A DNA stretch of 64,000 nucleotides from Gemmatimonadota bacterium (lineage in GTDB: Bacteria; Gemmatimonadota; Gemmatimonadetes; Gemmatimonadales; GWC2-71-9): NCBI GenBank assembly GCA_039584325.1, contig JBDGYA010000006.1:11845-75844 (forward strand), read 5' to 3'. A program made the translations under genes and the position numbers. Below, piece by piece: positions 8,759 to 19,013 of this stretch; the first letter of the stretch is position 1; each line of letters opens with the position of its first letter. Under the pieces are notes generated by a model. It was not told the DNA's origin and did not search any database. It worked only from the letters and a program-made list of their open reading frames with translations.

Positions 8759-10855
8759 GTGCAGCACGTTGAAAAGATCTTGGCTGGTCGTAGGTTTTCC
8801 CTGGAAACCGGCCGACTGGCCAAGCAATGCGCCGGCAGTGCGATCGTGCAGTTCGGCGAGACGATGGTGTTGGCAGCGGTGACGGTCTCCGACCGCGAAT
8901 CCTCACTTCCCTTCTTTCCCCTAACAGTCGAATACCGCGAGAAGAGCTATGCCGCCGGGAAGATCCCTGGCGGCTTCTTCAAGCGTGAGGGCCGGCCCGG
9001 CGAAGAGGAGATCCTGGCCGGGCGACTGATCGACCGGTCGATTCGCCCGTTGTTTCCCAAGGGCTTCCAGAACGAGGTCCAGGTGTTCGTGTATGTCCTC
9101 TCGGCCGATCAGGAGAACGACGCGGACGTGCTGGGGCTGACGGCGGCGTCCCTCGCGCTGGCCATTTCACGCGTGCCCTGGCAGGGCCCGGTTGCGGGCG
9201 TGCGGGTGGGACGGGTGGACGGCCAGTGGGTGCTGAACCCGACCTTCTCCGATCTCGAAGCGAGCGACATCGATCTTGTGGTGTCCGGACTCCGCGACTC
9301 CATCAGCATGGTGGAGGGTGGGTCCCTCGAGCTCAGCGAAGAGGAGATTGCCGACGCCCTCGCGTTCGCGCACCGAGGAATCGCCGAGGTGATTGACATG
9401 CAGGCCGAGATCATCGCGGCCGTCGGCAACCCGAAGATCGAATGGACGCGCAAGGAGCCGGCGCCTGAACTGGTGCAGCAGGTGGAGGCATCGGCGGGTG
9501 CGCGCGTGCGCGAGGCCCTGAATCTGGAGGAGAAGACCGAGCGGATTCAGGCGCTGGCCTCGGTGCGCTCCGACATCCTGGACGAATTGAGTGAGGAGTA
9601 TCCCGACACCGCCGACGACATCCGACGCATCCTGGAGGCGACCGAGTCGGCGACGATGCGCAGCCAGGTGCTGGAGCACGGCGAGCGCGTGGACGGCCGC
9701 GATCTGGATACGGTGCGGGCGATCAACAGTGAGGTGGGGTTACTGCCGCGGGCGCATGGGTCCGCGCTGTTCACCCGCGGGCAGACCCAGGCTCTGGTGA
9801 GCACGACGCTCGGGACGGTCTCCGACGAGCAGCGGATCGACAACATCGACGTCGCGCAAGAGACGACGAAGAGCTTCATGCTCCATTACAACTTCCCGTC
9901 GTTCTCGGTGGGCGAAGTGCGGCCGGTGCGCGGTGTCTCTCGGCGGGAGATCGGGCACGGGAACCTGGCGGAGCGGGCGCTGCAAGCCCTGCTACCCCCG
10001 TACGACGAGTTCCCGTACACGATCCGGATCGTGTCCGATATTCTCGAGTCCAACGGCTCATCGTCGATGGCAACGGTGTGCGGCGGCTCGCTCGCGCTGA
10101 TGGATGCCGGCGTCCCGATGAAGGCGGCGTGCGCCGGTGTGGCCATGGGCTTGATCAAGGAGGGCGAGCGAGTGGCCGTCCTCACCGACATCCTCGGGAC
10201 GGAGGACCATCTTGGCGACATGGACTTCAAGGTCGCCGGGACGCGCGCCGGGATCACGGCGATTCAGATGGACATCAAGATCCAGGGCCTGGATCTCGAT
10301 ATCGTCCGGGAGGCCCTCGAGCGGGCCCGGGCTGCCCGGGTGCACATTCTGGACGTCATGGAGCAGACGCTGGGCGAGCCGCGCAGCCAACTCTCCCAGT
10401 ACGCGCCACGGATCATCACGATTCAGATCAATCCGGAGCGCATCGGCGACATCATCGGACCCAAGGGCAAGATCATCCGCGGGATTCAGGAGGAAACGGG
10501 TGCCGAGATCAACGTGGACGACTCGGGACTCGTTACCATCTCGTCGATCGACGGCGACGCGGGGGAGCGTGCTCGCCAGATGATCGAGGGAATAGTGCAG
10601 GAGCCCGAGGTGGGAGCCGTCTACGAAGGTGTCGTGAAGAGCACGACCGCATTTGGCGCGTTCGTCGAGATCATTCCGGGGCGCGAGGGACTACTCCACA
10701 TCTCCGAATTGCAGCACGAACGGACACGCAAGACCGAGGACGTGGTCCAGAAGGGTGATAGAGTGCGGGTAAAGCTCCTCGAGATCGACGACCGCGGCAA
10801 GATGCGGCTCTCCCGGAAGGCCCTGCTCGATAAGCCGGCGGCGGACGGCTCCTGA
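8759..10855 (+). CDS. pnp: Polyribonucleotide nucleotidyltransferase (PNPase)
   Basis: Two RNase PH domains plus KH plus S1 (..FMLHYNFPSFSVGE.., GDMDFKVAGT, GPKGKIIRGIQEETG, VYEGVVKSTTAFGAFVEI). GTG 8759 is preferred (AAGGACGAG SD upstream); GTG 8735 is an alternative. Confidence 0.93.
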   Translation: MQHVEKILAGRRFSLETGRLAKQCAGSAIVQFGETMVLAAVTVSDRESSLPFFPLTVEYREKSYAAGKIPGGFFKREGRPGEEEILAGRLIDRSIRPLFPKGFQNEVQVFVYVLSADQENDADVLGLTAASLALAISRVPWQGPVAGVRVGRVDGQWVLNPTFSDLEASDIDLVVSGLRDSISMVEGGSLELSEEEIADALAFAHRGIAEVIDMQAEIIAAVGNPKIEWTRKEPAPELVQQVEASAGARVREALNLEEKTERIQALASVRSDILDELSEEYPDTADDIRRILEATESATMRSQVLEHGERVDGRDLDTVRAINSEVGLLPRAHGSALFTRGQTQALVSTTLGTVSDEQRIDNIDVAQETTKSFMLHYNFPSFSVGEVRPVRGVSRREIGHGNLAERALQALLPPYDEFPYTIRIVSDILESNGSSSMATVCGGSLALMDAGVPMKAACAGVAMGLIKEGERVAVLTDILGTEDHLGDMDFKVAGTRAGITAIQMDIKIQGLDLDIVREALERARAARVHILDVMEQTLGEPRSQLSQYAPRIITIQINPERIGDIIGPKGKIIRGIQEETGAEINVDDSGLVTISSIDGDAGERARQMIEGIVQEPEVGAVYEGVVKSTTAFGAFVEIIPGREGLLHISELQHERTRKTEDVVQKGDRVRVKLLEIDDRGKMRLSRKALLDKPAADGS

Positions 10856-10866
10856 CGGGCGCCGCG

Positions 10867-12120
10867 ATGCAGACGGTCCGGCTGGACGAACGGCTGTACC
10901 GGAGTGAGGGGGACAACGGCGTAACCGTGCTCTCCGAGGTGCTCCCGAGCGTTCGGTCCGTAGCCGTGGGCATCTGGGTTCGGGCAGCCTCTGCCCACGA
11001 AGAGGCCCCCAAGATGGGGGTCTCTCATCTTTTGGAGCACATGGTGTTCAAGGGAACCGAGCGCCGGTCTGCCCGCGACCTCGCTCTGGAGCTCGAGGGT
11101 CGAGGTGGGGCGCTCGATGCCTTCACAGCGCGCGAGTACACTGCGTACCAGGCTCGCGTGCTCGATGAGGACCTGCCGAGGGCACTCGACGTCCTCACCG
11201 ACCTCGTCCGCCACCCGGTGCTCCGCACGGACGATCTCGAGCTCGAGCGCAAGGTCGTGCTCGAGGAGATCTCGACGGTGGACGACACGCCCGACGATCT
11301 CGTGTTCGAGCTCCATTCGCGCACCCTGTGGCCGTCTCACTCCTACGGCTATTCCATCCTCGGTACCCGGGATACGGTCGGGGGGCTCACGGCCGAGGAT
11401 CTGCGAGGGCTGCACCAGCGCGCCTATCATCCCCGCCACGTCATCATCACGGCCACTGGGAGCGTAGACCACGATCTCCTGCTCAAGCTGGCCGCCAAGA
11501 GCGGGTGGATCACCTACGCCCCCGGTCCCGGGCCGCCGGACGTGTCCGAGCCACCAGCAGCCGAGCGGACGTTCCGCCGGGTCGACCGTGACTCCGCCCA
11601 GACGCACATTGTGTTGGGCAGCGACACCTTTCCCTACGGTGACCGCCGCAAGGACGCGTTGCTGCTCCTGAACACCGTGCTCGGGAGCGGCATGTCGAGC
11701 CGGCTGTTCCAGCGCGTGCGCGAGGAGCTGGGTCTGGCGTACTCGGTGTTTACGCATCAATCCTTCTACCGGAAGACGGGTCTGACCGGCGTGTACGTGG
11801 GCACACATCCCTCCACGGCTCAGCAGGCCATGGACGCGATTCTCGAGGAGTTTCGAACGGTGGCACAGGAGGGGTTGTCCACCGCCGATCTGGCGGGAGC
11901 CAAGCAACAGCTGAAGGGACAGGTGACCCTCTCGCTGGAGAGCCCGACCGCCCGGATGTACCGGCTGGCGACGATTGAGCTGTACCAGGAGCCGTACCGG
12001 ACGATCGACCAGGTGCTGGCCGACATCAACGCGGTGACCATGGACGAGGTTGCGGAGGTTGCAGGGGAGTTCTTCGACCCCGATCGCCAGACGACTGTCT
12101 GGCTCGGGCCGAACGAGTAG
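10867..12120 (+). CDS. M16-family zinc peptidase (pitrilysin/PqqL-like)
   Basis: Inverted zinc motif HLLEHMVFKGT (HxxEH), 417 aa, directly downstream of pnp. Confidence 0.85.
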   Translation: MQTVRLDERLYRSEGDNGVTVLSEVLPSVRSVAVGIWVRAASAHEEAPKMGVSHLLEHMVFKGTERRSARDLALELEGRGGALDAFTAREYTAYQARVLDEDLPRALDVLTDLVRHPVLRTDDLELERKVVLEEISTVDDTPDDLVFELHSRTLWPSHSYGYSILGTRDTVGGLTAEDLRGLHQRAYHPRHVIITATGSVDHDLLLKLAAKSGWITYAPGPGPPDVSEPPAAERTFRRVDRDSAQTHIVLGSDTFPYGDRRKDALLLLNTVLGSGMSSRLFQRVREELGLAYSVFTHQSFYRKTGLTGVYVGTHPSTAQQAMDAILEEFRTVAQEGLSTADLAGAKQQLKGQVTLSLESPTARMYRLATIELYQEPYRTIDQVLADINAVTMDEVAEVAGEFFDPDRQTTVWLGPNE

Positions 12121-12149
12121 CGTCACCCACAGCGTGTCGAGGTGAAGCG

Positions 12150-13262
12150 ATGATCATTGGTGTCCCGAAGGAGATCAAGACCGCCGAGAACCGGATCGCA
12201 CTCGTTCCGGCCGGCGCCGAGGCTCTCCGGGCCCGCGGGCATACCGTGCTGGTCGAGGGAGGGGCGGGGGAGGGAAGTGGATTCGGCGACGAGCTCTACG
12301 AGGCCGCCGGGGCCACCATCGCTCCCAAGGCGAAGGACGTGTGGACGAAGGCCGACATGATCGTGAAGGTGAAGGAGCCCATCGCGTCTGAGTGGCCGAT
12401 GATGCGGCAGGACCAGGTGATCTTCACCTACTTCCACTTCGCAGCGAGCGAGGAGCTGACGCGTGCGGTGATGGACTCTGGCTGCGTGGCGATCGCGTAC
12501 GAGACCGTGCAGCTCGCCTCCAGCGAGCTGCCGCTGCTCACGCCGATGAGCGAGGTGGCCGGCAGAATGGCGGTGCAGGAAGGCGCCAAGTACCTTGAGC
12601 GCTTCTACGGCGGGAGTGGCATCCTGCTGGGCGGTGTGCCGGGCGTGCAGCCGGCCGAGGTCGTGATCCTGGGAGGCGGGGTCGTCGGCACCAACGCCGC
12701 GAAGATGGCGGCGGGGCTCGGCGCCCACGTTACCATCCTCGACCTGTCGCTGGAACGGCTGCGCTACCTGTCGGACGTGATGCCGGCAAACGTCGATCTC
12801 GTCTACTCCAACCGGCACACCCTGCTCGAGCAGATCGCCAAGGCGGATCTGCTGGTTGGGGCCGTGCTGCTTCCGGGCGCCAAGGCGCCGAGTCTAGTCA
12901 CCCGTGAGGACCTCGAGGTCATGAAGAACGGCTCCGTCATCGTGGACGTGGCCGTGGACCAGGGCGGCTGTGTCGAAACCATCAAGCCCACGACACACGA
13001 GCACCCGACCTACATCGTAGACGGTGTGGTGCACTACGGCGTCGCCAACATGCCGGGCGGGGTGCCACGCACGTCGACCCTCGCGCTGACGAACGCCACG
13101 TTCCCATACGTGGTGCGGCTCGCGAAGAAGGGGTGGCGCGACGCCTGCCGCTCGGACCGGGCGCTGTTCCTTGGGCTCAATGTGATCGGGGGCAAGGTGG
13201 TGTACCCGGGTGTGGCCGAGGCCTTCGGGCTCGATCTGGTGGATCCGGCGACGCTGGTGTAG
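12150..13262 (+). CDS. ald: Alanine dehydrogenase
   Basis: [21 protein letters not shown]-terminus, [18 protein letters not shown], and NAD fold [22 protein letters not shown]. 370 aa. Confidence 0.9.
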   Translation: MIIGVPKEIKTAENRIALVPAGAEALRARGHTVLVEGGAGEGSGFGDELYEAAGATIAPKAKDVWTKADMIVKVKEPIASEWPMMRQDQVIFTYFHFAASEELTRAVMDSGCVAIAYETVQLASSELPLLTPMSEVAGRMAVQEGAKYLERFYGGSGILLGGVPGVQPAEVVILGGGVVGTNAAKMAAGLGAHVTILDLSLERLRYLSDVMPANVDLVYSNRHTLLEQIAKADLLVGAVLLPGAKAPSLVTREDLEVMKNGSVIVDVAVDQGGCVETIKPTTHEHPTYIVDGVVHYGVANMPGGVPRTSTLALTNATFPYVVRLAKKGWRDACRSDRALFLGLNVIGGKVVYPGVAEAFGLDLVDPATLV

Positions 13263-13422
13263 CAGGGCCGCAGCATCCCTGCCGGTCTGAGGGTGGTAAG
13301 TCCAGTACTTGTTATGACTTAGCGTTGCCGTTAACTTAGGGCGCTTCCGCCACTGCGGGGGCGCCCAAGGTCTCGAACGCCGGGCTCCCCAACTCAAGAG
13401 AGCGATGCCGATCAATTGGGGC

Positions 13423-14448
13423 ATGTTCCGTCTAGGAAACATCCTGCCGGCAAATGAGATTGCCGTCGACCTCGGAACGTCGAACACGCTGATCTACGTC
13501 CGTGGCGAAGGGATCGTGCTGAACGAACCCTCCGTCGTCGCGGTCGAGAAGGCGACGGGAAAGGTGAAGGGCATCGGGCTCGAGGCGAAGCGCATGCTTG
13601 GGCGGACGCCCGAGGGCATTCTCGCCGTGCGTCCCCTCAAGGACGGAGTGATCGCCGACTTCGACGTCACCGAGAAGATGTTGCGGTACTTCCTATCCAC
13701 GATCATCCAGAAGCACGTCTTCCGGGTGAAGCCCCGCGTGATCGTCTGCGTGCCGAGCGGTATCACGGAGGTGGAGAAGCGTGCGGTGCGGGATAGCGCA
13801 CACTCGGCGGGCGCCAAAGAGGTCTACATGGTCGCCGAACCGATGGCCGCGGCTATCGGAGTGGGCCTGCCGGTGGAGACGCCCACGGGCAACATGGCGA
13901 TCGACATTGGCGGCGGGACCACCGAGATCGCCGTCATCGCGCTCTCGGGGATCGTCAGCGACACGTCGATCCGGACGGGTGGAGACGAGATGGATCAGGC
14001 CATCGTCCAGTTCATGCGGAAGAACTACAACCTGCTGATCGGAGAGCCGACGGCCGAGGCGATCAAGATCCAGGTTGGATCCGCCGTGCCCACGCAGGAC
14101 GAGCAGGACATGGAGGCCAAGGGCAGGGATCTGGTGTCGGGCATTCCGAAGGTTGTGCGCGTGCACTCCTCGGAGGTCCGGGAAGCCATGCAGGAGCCGA
14201 TCCAGCAGATCATCGACGCGGTCCGGCGCGCACTGGAGATTACTCCGCCGGAACTGGCCAGCGACATCGTCGACCGCGGCATCGTCATGGCCGGCGGTGG
14301 CTCGCTGATCCGCGGGCTCGACGTGATGCTCTCACAGGAGACGGGCCTCCCGGTGCGCGTGGACGAAGATCCGTTGACCTGCGTGGTGCGCGGGACTGGC
14401 CGCATTCTCGAGGACCCCGAGAGGTACCGCTCGGTTCTCTCGACGTAA
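13423..14448 (+). CDS. mreB: Rod-shape protein MreB
   Basis: Actin-fold motifs (IAVDLGTSNTLIYV, DIGGGTTEIAV, GIVMAGGGSLIRGLD). ATG 13423 matches typical MreB N-termini; ATG 13405 is an alternative. Confidence 0.93.
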   Translation: MFRLGNILPANEIAVDLGTSNTLIYVRGEGIVLNEPSVVAVEKATGKVKGIGLEAKRMLGRTPEGILAVRPLKDGVIADFDVTEKMLRYFLSTIIQKHVFRVKPRVIVCVPSGITEVEKRAVRDSAHSAGAKEVYMVAEPMAAAIGVGLPVETPTGNMAIDIGGGTTEIAVIALSGIVSDTSIRTGGDEMDQAIVQFMRKNYNLLIGEPTAEAIKIQVGSAVPTQDEQDMEAKGRDLVSGIPKVVRVHSSEVREAMQEPIQQIIDAVRRALEITPPELASDIVDRGIVMAGGGSLIRGLDVMLSQETGLPVRVDEDPLTCVVRGTGRILEDPERYRSVLST

Positions 14449-14454
14449 CGTGCC

Positions 14455-15309
14455 GTGACTCCCGCGCCGGATACGTTTGCGTCACGCCGCGACACCCTGG
14501 CCTTCGTCATCTGCCTGCTGCTCGCCTTCACGGCGCGAGTCGCGCCACCCACCGCCCAATCGGCAGCCTCCGACGCCATCGTCCACACCGTCCTTGCTCC
14601 GTTTCTGTACCTGCAAGAGCAGGTGGAGGTGATCCGCGCCTCGCGCAGCCGATATCTGGCGACGGTCGGGCTGCGGGACTCGGTGCTCGCGCGCGCGATG
14701 GCGGTGGAGGGGCTGGAGCTCGAGAACGAGCAGCTTCGCCGGCAGTTGGAGCTCTCGCGGCGGCTGAACGTGCGGCACGTGTCCGCGGAGGTCCTGCAGC
14801 AGGCTCTCCCCACGGCGGGCTTCATGGCCCGACTCTCGGCGGGTCGCGACGATGGGGTGCGGCCAGGGTCACCGGTCATCACGCCGCAGGGACTATTTGG
14901 GGTCGTGCAGTCGGTATCGTCCGGGCAATCGGTGGCGCTCCTCTGGACACATGGGGACTTCCGGGTCAGCGCGATGACGTTGGATGGCTCCGTGTTTGGC
15001 ATCGTGGCTCCCCGTGGAGGGGGCGGCCCGAACACCATGCTGCTCGAACTGCGCGGCGTTCCGTACCAGCAGGAGGTGCCGGTCGAGACGATGATTTACA
15101 CCTCGGGATTGGGCGGCACGAGCGGCGTGTACCCTCGGGGGATTCCGATAGGGACGATCGTTGGGGTGGGTGAGGAGCAGGAGGGCTGGTCCCGTACGTA
15201 TGTGGCGCGGGCGGCGGTAGCGCCGGCTTCGGTGTCCCACGTGGTTGTGCTCACTGGTCCCGCGTTGGACGTGCAGCAGGCCTTCGCCGAAACGCCGAGC
15301 GGCCCGTAA
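14455..15309 (+). CDS. mreC: Rod-shape protein MreC
   Basis: N-terminal TM segment, a coiled-coil (LELENEQLRRQLE) and C-terminal beta domains (GVYPRGIPIGTIV), between mreB and mreD. Confidence 0.85.
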   Translation: MTPAPDTFASRRDTLAFVICLLLAFTARVAPPTAQSAASDAIVHTVLAPFLYLQEQVEVIRASRSRYLATVGLRDSVLARAMAVEGLELENEQLRRQLELSRRLNVRHVSAEVLQQALPTAGFMARLSAGRDDGVRPGSPVITPQGLFGVVQSVSSGQSVALLWTHGDFRVSAMTLDGSVFGIVAPRGGGGPNTMLLELRGVPYQQEVPVETMIYTSGLGGTSGVYPRGIPIGTIVGVGEEQEGWSRTYVARAAVAPASVSHVVVLTGPALDVQQAFAETPSGP

Positions 15310-15800
15310 TGCTGCGCCTCGACTACCGCCTCGCTGGCGTGCTCCTCGTGCTGGTTGTGCTGCATTTCGTCCTGCGCCCTTTCATGGGCGATCTGCGCGT
15401 GGCCCCCGACCTGCTCCTGCTGGCGCTCCTCGTGTACGCGATTCAGGCCCGGCCCGGTGATGCGGCGATTGCCGGTTTCGTCATTGGGCTGGTGGCGGAC
15501 GCGCTCACTCCCGTGGCGTTCGGCGCCGGCGCCCTAGCTCACACCTGTGTCGGCTACCTCGCGGCGTGGGGGAAGGCGGTGTTCTTCGCGGAGAGCGTTC
15601 CAGTGAGCGCAGGCTTCTTCTTCGCCGGGACGTGGCTCCGGGATCTGCTTGTCCTCGTTGCGGGGCGACACCTCGGCGACCGCACGCTGCTGTGGCAACT
15701 CGCCGTCTGGTCGCCGCTCAAGGCCCTGACGACGGCCGTGGCTGGGGTCCTCGCACTCATGCTGTTCCGCCGCTGGCTCGACGAGAGGGCCCGCGCGTGA
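15309..15800 (+). CDS. mreD: Rod-shape protein MreD
   Basis: 163-aa polytopic membrane protein in the canonical mreBCD position. The start overlaps the mreC stop (TAATG). Confidence 0.7.
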   Translation: MLRLDYRLAGVLLVLVVLHFVLRPFMGDLRVAPDLLLLALLVYAIQARPGDAAIAGFVIGLVADALTPVAFGAGALAHTCVGYLAAWGKAVFFAESVPVSAGFFFAGTWLRDLLVLVAGRHLGDRTLLWQLAVWSPLKALTTAVAGVLALMLFRRWLDERARA

Positions 15801-17683
15801 GACTGCAGAATCGGCGCGAGATCGCGCGGAGGGCGACCGCGGCGCGGTCGGTCGTCTTCCTCGCCTTTGGTGCTTTGGCGGTGGCGTTCTTCCGCGTTCA
15901 AGTGGTGCGGTCACACCGCTACCAGGTGCTGTCGAAGGACAACCGCCTGCGTCATGTCGTGCTGCCGGCCCCGAGAGGGCTCGTTACCGATCGTACCGGC
16001 GTCGTGCTAGCGGAGAACGTGCCAGGATACTCCGTTCTGCTGCACGCCGAGACCACCGAGTCGCTCATTGCCACCCTGGACCGGCTCGCCTACATCCTCC
16101 CGACCGATTCGCTGAAACGTTTGGAGATCCTGCGCCGCTACGCGGCCGCTCCCTCGGAGCCGGTCCTGATCGAGCGCGACGTGCCCTTCAATGCGGTGTC
16201 CGCTCTGGAGGAGCAACGACCGTGGAATCCCGGTCTCACCGTGCAGAGCGATCCGAAGCGGCGGTATCCCTTCGGTCCGACGGTGGCACATGTCGTCGGA
16301 TACGTCGGCGAGATCAACGAGGATGAGCTGGGCTCCGGTCGCTTTGCTAACATCCGCGCCGGGACCCTGATCGGTCGTGCCGGGATCGAGCAGCAGTACG
16401 ACGAGAACCTGCGGGGGAAGCCAGGCCAGAAGTATGCGGAGGTGGACGCGTTGGGCCGGACGGTTCGGGACGAGGTCATGGACGACCGACTCAATCCGGA
16501 GCCGGGCACGACCATCCGCACCACCCTGGACCTCGCCCTGCAGCAGTTCGTCGAGGCCGATTTCCCGGAGGGGCGGCGCGGCGCGGTCGTTGCCATGGAT
16601 CCGAGCACCGGTGAGGTGCTCGCGCTCTACTCCGCGCCCAGTTACGACCCAAACGCCTTCATCGGAGGCATCGATCCTGAGACGTGGAGGCAACTGGTTG
16701 GCAGTCGCGACTTTCCGCTGTTCAATCGTGCCATCCAGGCCCGATACCCGCCCGCCTCGCCCTTCAAGTTGGCGATCGCGGCGATGGCGCTCGAGCGAGG
16801 CGAGGTCGACATCACTAGCCACATGGCCATTCCGTGCCGGGGTGGCCTGCAGTACTACACGCGGTACTTCCGCTGCTGGCGGGTGGAGGGGCATGGTGAT
16901 CTGGCGTTGCGCGAGGCGATCCAGTTCTCCTGTGACGTGTACTTCTACCAGCTCGGCCTGAAGCTCGGACTCGAATCGCTGCTGCGGGATGGGGCTGGAA
17001 TGGGGTTTGCGGAAGCGACCGGGATCGATCTGCCCAATGAGAAAGAACCGATTTTCCCGCCGTCCACGGAGTACTACGATCGCCGGTACGGTCCGCGAGG
17101 TTGGACGAACGCAGTGACGCTGAACCTCAGCATCGGGCAGGGAGAGAATACGCAGACGCTGATCAACATGGTGCGGTTCTACGCCATGTTGGCGAATCCC
17201 GATGGAGCGACGGTGGAGCCGCATCTCGTCGCCGGCGCGCAGGGGCGGCGCTGGTCGCTGGGCCTCTCGGACTCGGACCTGCGGGATCTGCGACAGGCGC
17301 TCATCGCCGTGGTCGACCGCGGGACCGCAACCGGGGCGCAGATCGCCGACTTGCGCATCGCCGGGAAGACCGGCACGGCACAAAACGCTCAGGGAGAGGA
17401 CCACGGCTGGTTTATCGGCTTCGCGCCAGCGGAGGAGCCGCAGATCGTGGTGGGCGCCATCGTCGAGTTCGCGGAGCACGGCTCGTCGGTGGCGCCGCTG
17501 GTGACACGGATCATGGCGCGGTACCTCTTGGGTGCCGATGCCCTCCAGCCGGGTGGCGGCCGGCTCCGGCTCGATCTGCCGGCAGACTCCGCTCCCGAAC
17601 CGCTGCCGATCCTCCCCGACACAGCACTCATCAGCAACTCTGGCCTGGACTCGGCGCGTGCCACGCCGCAGCGGAACCGATAG
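15797..17683 (+). CDS. mrdA: Penicillin-binding protein 2 (elongasome transpeptidase)
   Basis: ORF 15566..17683 trimmed to GTG 15797 (GTGA overlap with mreD). SPFK (SxxK), SCD (SxN-like) and KTGTA motifs. Confidence 0.9.
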   Translation: MRLQNRREIARRATAARSVVFLAFGALAVAFFRVQVVRSHRYQVLSKDNRLRHVVLPAPRGLVTDRTGVVLAENVPGYSVLLHAETTESLIATLDRLAYILPTDSLKRLEILRRYAAAPSEPVLIERDVPFNAVSALEEQRPWNPGLTVQSDPKRRYPFGPTVAHVVGYVGEINEDELGSGRFANIRAGTLIGRAGIEQQYDENLRGKPGQKYAEVDALGRTVRDEVMDDRLNPEPGTTIRTTLDLALQQFVEADFPEGRRGAVVAMDPSTGEVLALYSAPSYDPNAFIGGIDPETWRQLVGSRDFPLFNRAIQARYPPASPFKLAIAAMALERGEVDITSHMAIPCRGGLQYYTRYFRCWRVEGHGDLALREAIQFSCDVYFYQLGLKLGLESLLRDGAGMGFAEATGIDLPNEKEPIFPPSTEYYDRRYGPRGWTNAVTLNLSIGQGENTQTLINMVRFYAMLANPDGATVEPHLVAGAQGRRWSLGLSDSDLRDLRQALIAVVDRGTATGAQIADLRIAGKTGTAQNAQGEDHGWFIGFAPAEEPQIVVGAIVEFAEHGSSVAPLVTRIMARYLLGADALQPGGGRLRLDLPADSAPEPLPILPDTALISNSGLDSARATPQRNR

Positions 17684-18902
17684 CCTGCTGCTGGGCAGCG
17701 TCGCGCTGCTCGTCACGATTGGGTTGCTGGTCCTGTACTCCGCAGGTGAGACGGACGTCCCATCGGCGGCGGCGAACATCTGGAAGCGGCAACTGGTGTG
17801 GCTGCTGCTGGGTACCGCGGCGGGCCTGCTGGCGTATCGTGTGTCGCCGCGGATCCTCGAATGGGTCACACCGGTTGTGTACGTCGGCGCGCTCGCCCTG
17901 CTGGCCCTCACCCTCGCGATCGGGACCGGTGCGGGCACGGCGATCGGCTCCAAGTCGTGGCTCGCGTTCGGCGGCGTGCGCCTGGGGCAGCCGGCGGAGC
18001 TGGCGAAGCTCGCGACGATCCTCATGCTGGCGCGTCATCTCGGTGGCTCACGCGAGGCTCCGCTCACGATGACGCAGCTGCTTCCCAGTCTTGCCATTGT
18101 GGGAGTCCCGTTCGTCCTCGTTGGGCTGCAACCGGATCTCGGTAGCGCGCTGGTGTTCGTCGGCATTCTCTTCGCCGCCCTGTTTTGGGCCGGCGTCAAC
18201 CCCTTGTTACTGCTGATGCTGGCGTCGCCCCTCTTCTCTCTGCTGTTCGCGTTCTCGACGCCGATCTGGGGAGCGTGGATCCTTCTGCTCACGGTCCTGC
18301 TGCTGTGGGTTCGGCCGTACGTTGCCGAAGGCCTCGCGGTTTGGTTCGGAAACGTCGTGATGGGGGTGGTCGTCCTGGATTTGTGGAATCGCCTCGCCCC
18401 CTATCAGCAGAACCGCCTGCTCTCGTTTCTCAACCCCGAGATCGATCCACGCGCCACGGGATGGCACATCATTCAGTCGAAAGTGGCTATCGGCTCGGGC
18501 GGTGTGCTCGGGAAGGGTTTCACCGAGGGCTCGCAGAAACGGCTGGCCTTCCTGCCGGAGCAGCACACGGACTTCATTTTCTCCGTGCTGGGCGAGGAGT
18601 TCGGCTTCGTGGGTGTGCTCGGAGTGTTGCTGCTATTTGCCGGCCTCCTGTATGCGCTGGTCCGCGTTGCCAGCAGAGCGCCGGACGGATTCTCCTCGCT
18701 CGTGGCAACTGGAGTCGCGGGTATGATGCTCACCCACGTATTCGTCAATATCGGGATGACCGTGGGCCTCATGCCGATCGTCGGGATTCCGCTGCCGTTC
18801 TTCTCGTACGGGGGATCGTTTCTCCTCACCTGTTGCATTGCCACGGGAATCGTGGCGCGAATCGCCCGGGAGGGGCGGGTGTCCGGCTACGTGCCGATGT
18901 GA
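17658..18902 (+). CDS. rodA: SEDS peptidoglycan polymerase RodA
   Basis: ORF 17532..18902 trimmed to GTG 17658. FtsW/RodA family motifs (LPEQHTDFIFSVLGEEFGF, PFFSYGGS), downstream of mrdA. Confidence 0.9.
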   Translation: MPRRSGTDSLLLGSVALLVTIGLLVLYSAGETDVPSAAANIWKRQLVWLLLGTAAGLLAYRVSPRILEWVTPVVYVGALALLALTLAIGTGAGTAIGSKSWLAFGGVRLGQPAELAKLATILMLARHLGGSREAPLTMTQLLPSLAIVGVPFVLVGLQPDLGSALVFVGILFAALFWAGVNPLLLLMLASPLFSLLFAFSTPIWGAWILLLTVLLLWVRPYVAEGLAVWFGNVVMGVVVLDLWNRLAPYQQNRLLSFLNPEIDPRATGWHIIQSKVAIGSGGVLGKGFTEGSQKRLAFLPEQHTDFIFSVLGEEFGFVGVLGVLLLFAGLLYALVRVASRAPDGFSSLVATGVAGMMLTHVFVNIGMTVGLMPIVGIPLPFFSYGGSFLLTCCIATGIVARIAREGRVSGYVPM

Positions 18903-19013
18903 GCGGTCGTCCCCTGTGGGGCTGGCGTTCGGCGAGGGGACCGGCGACATTCTTAGCGGCTCAGGCGACGTCGTCCGCGTTCGGGCGACGCCGACGCTTT
19001 CCAGGGAAGGCGC

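Noticed and set aside
16007-18025. Very long antisense or alternative-frame ORFs. Examples: 16007..18025 (-) 672 aa, 60600..62396 (-) 598 aa, 38898..40859 (+) 653 aa, 30928..32646 (+) 572 aa, 10621..12126 (-) 501 aa, 25146..26384 (-) 412 aa and 1020..2213 (-) 397 aa.
   Set aside because: Each lies opposite or out of frame to a gene with unmistakable family motifs. Their translations are Arg/Pro/Gly/Ala-rich low-complexity sequence with no motifs. These are the expected stop-codon-poor shadow ORFs of a GC-rich genome.
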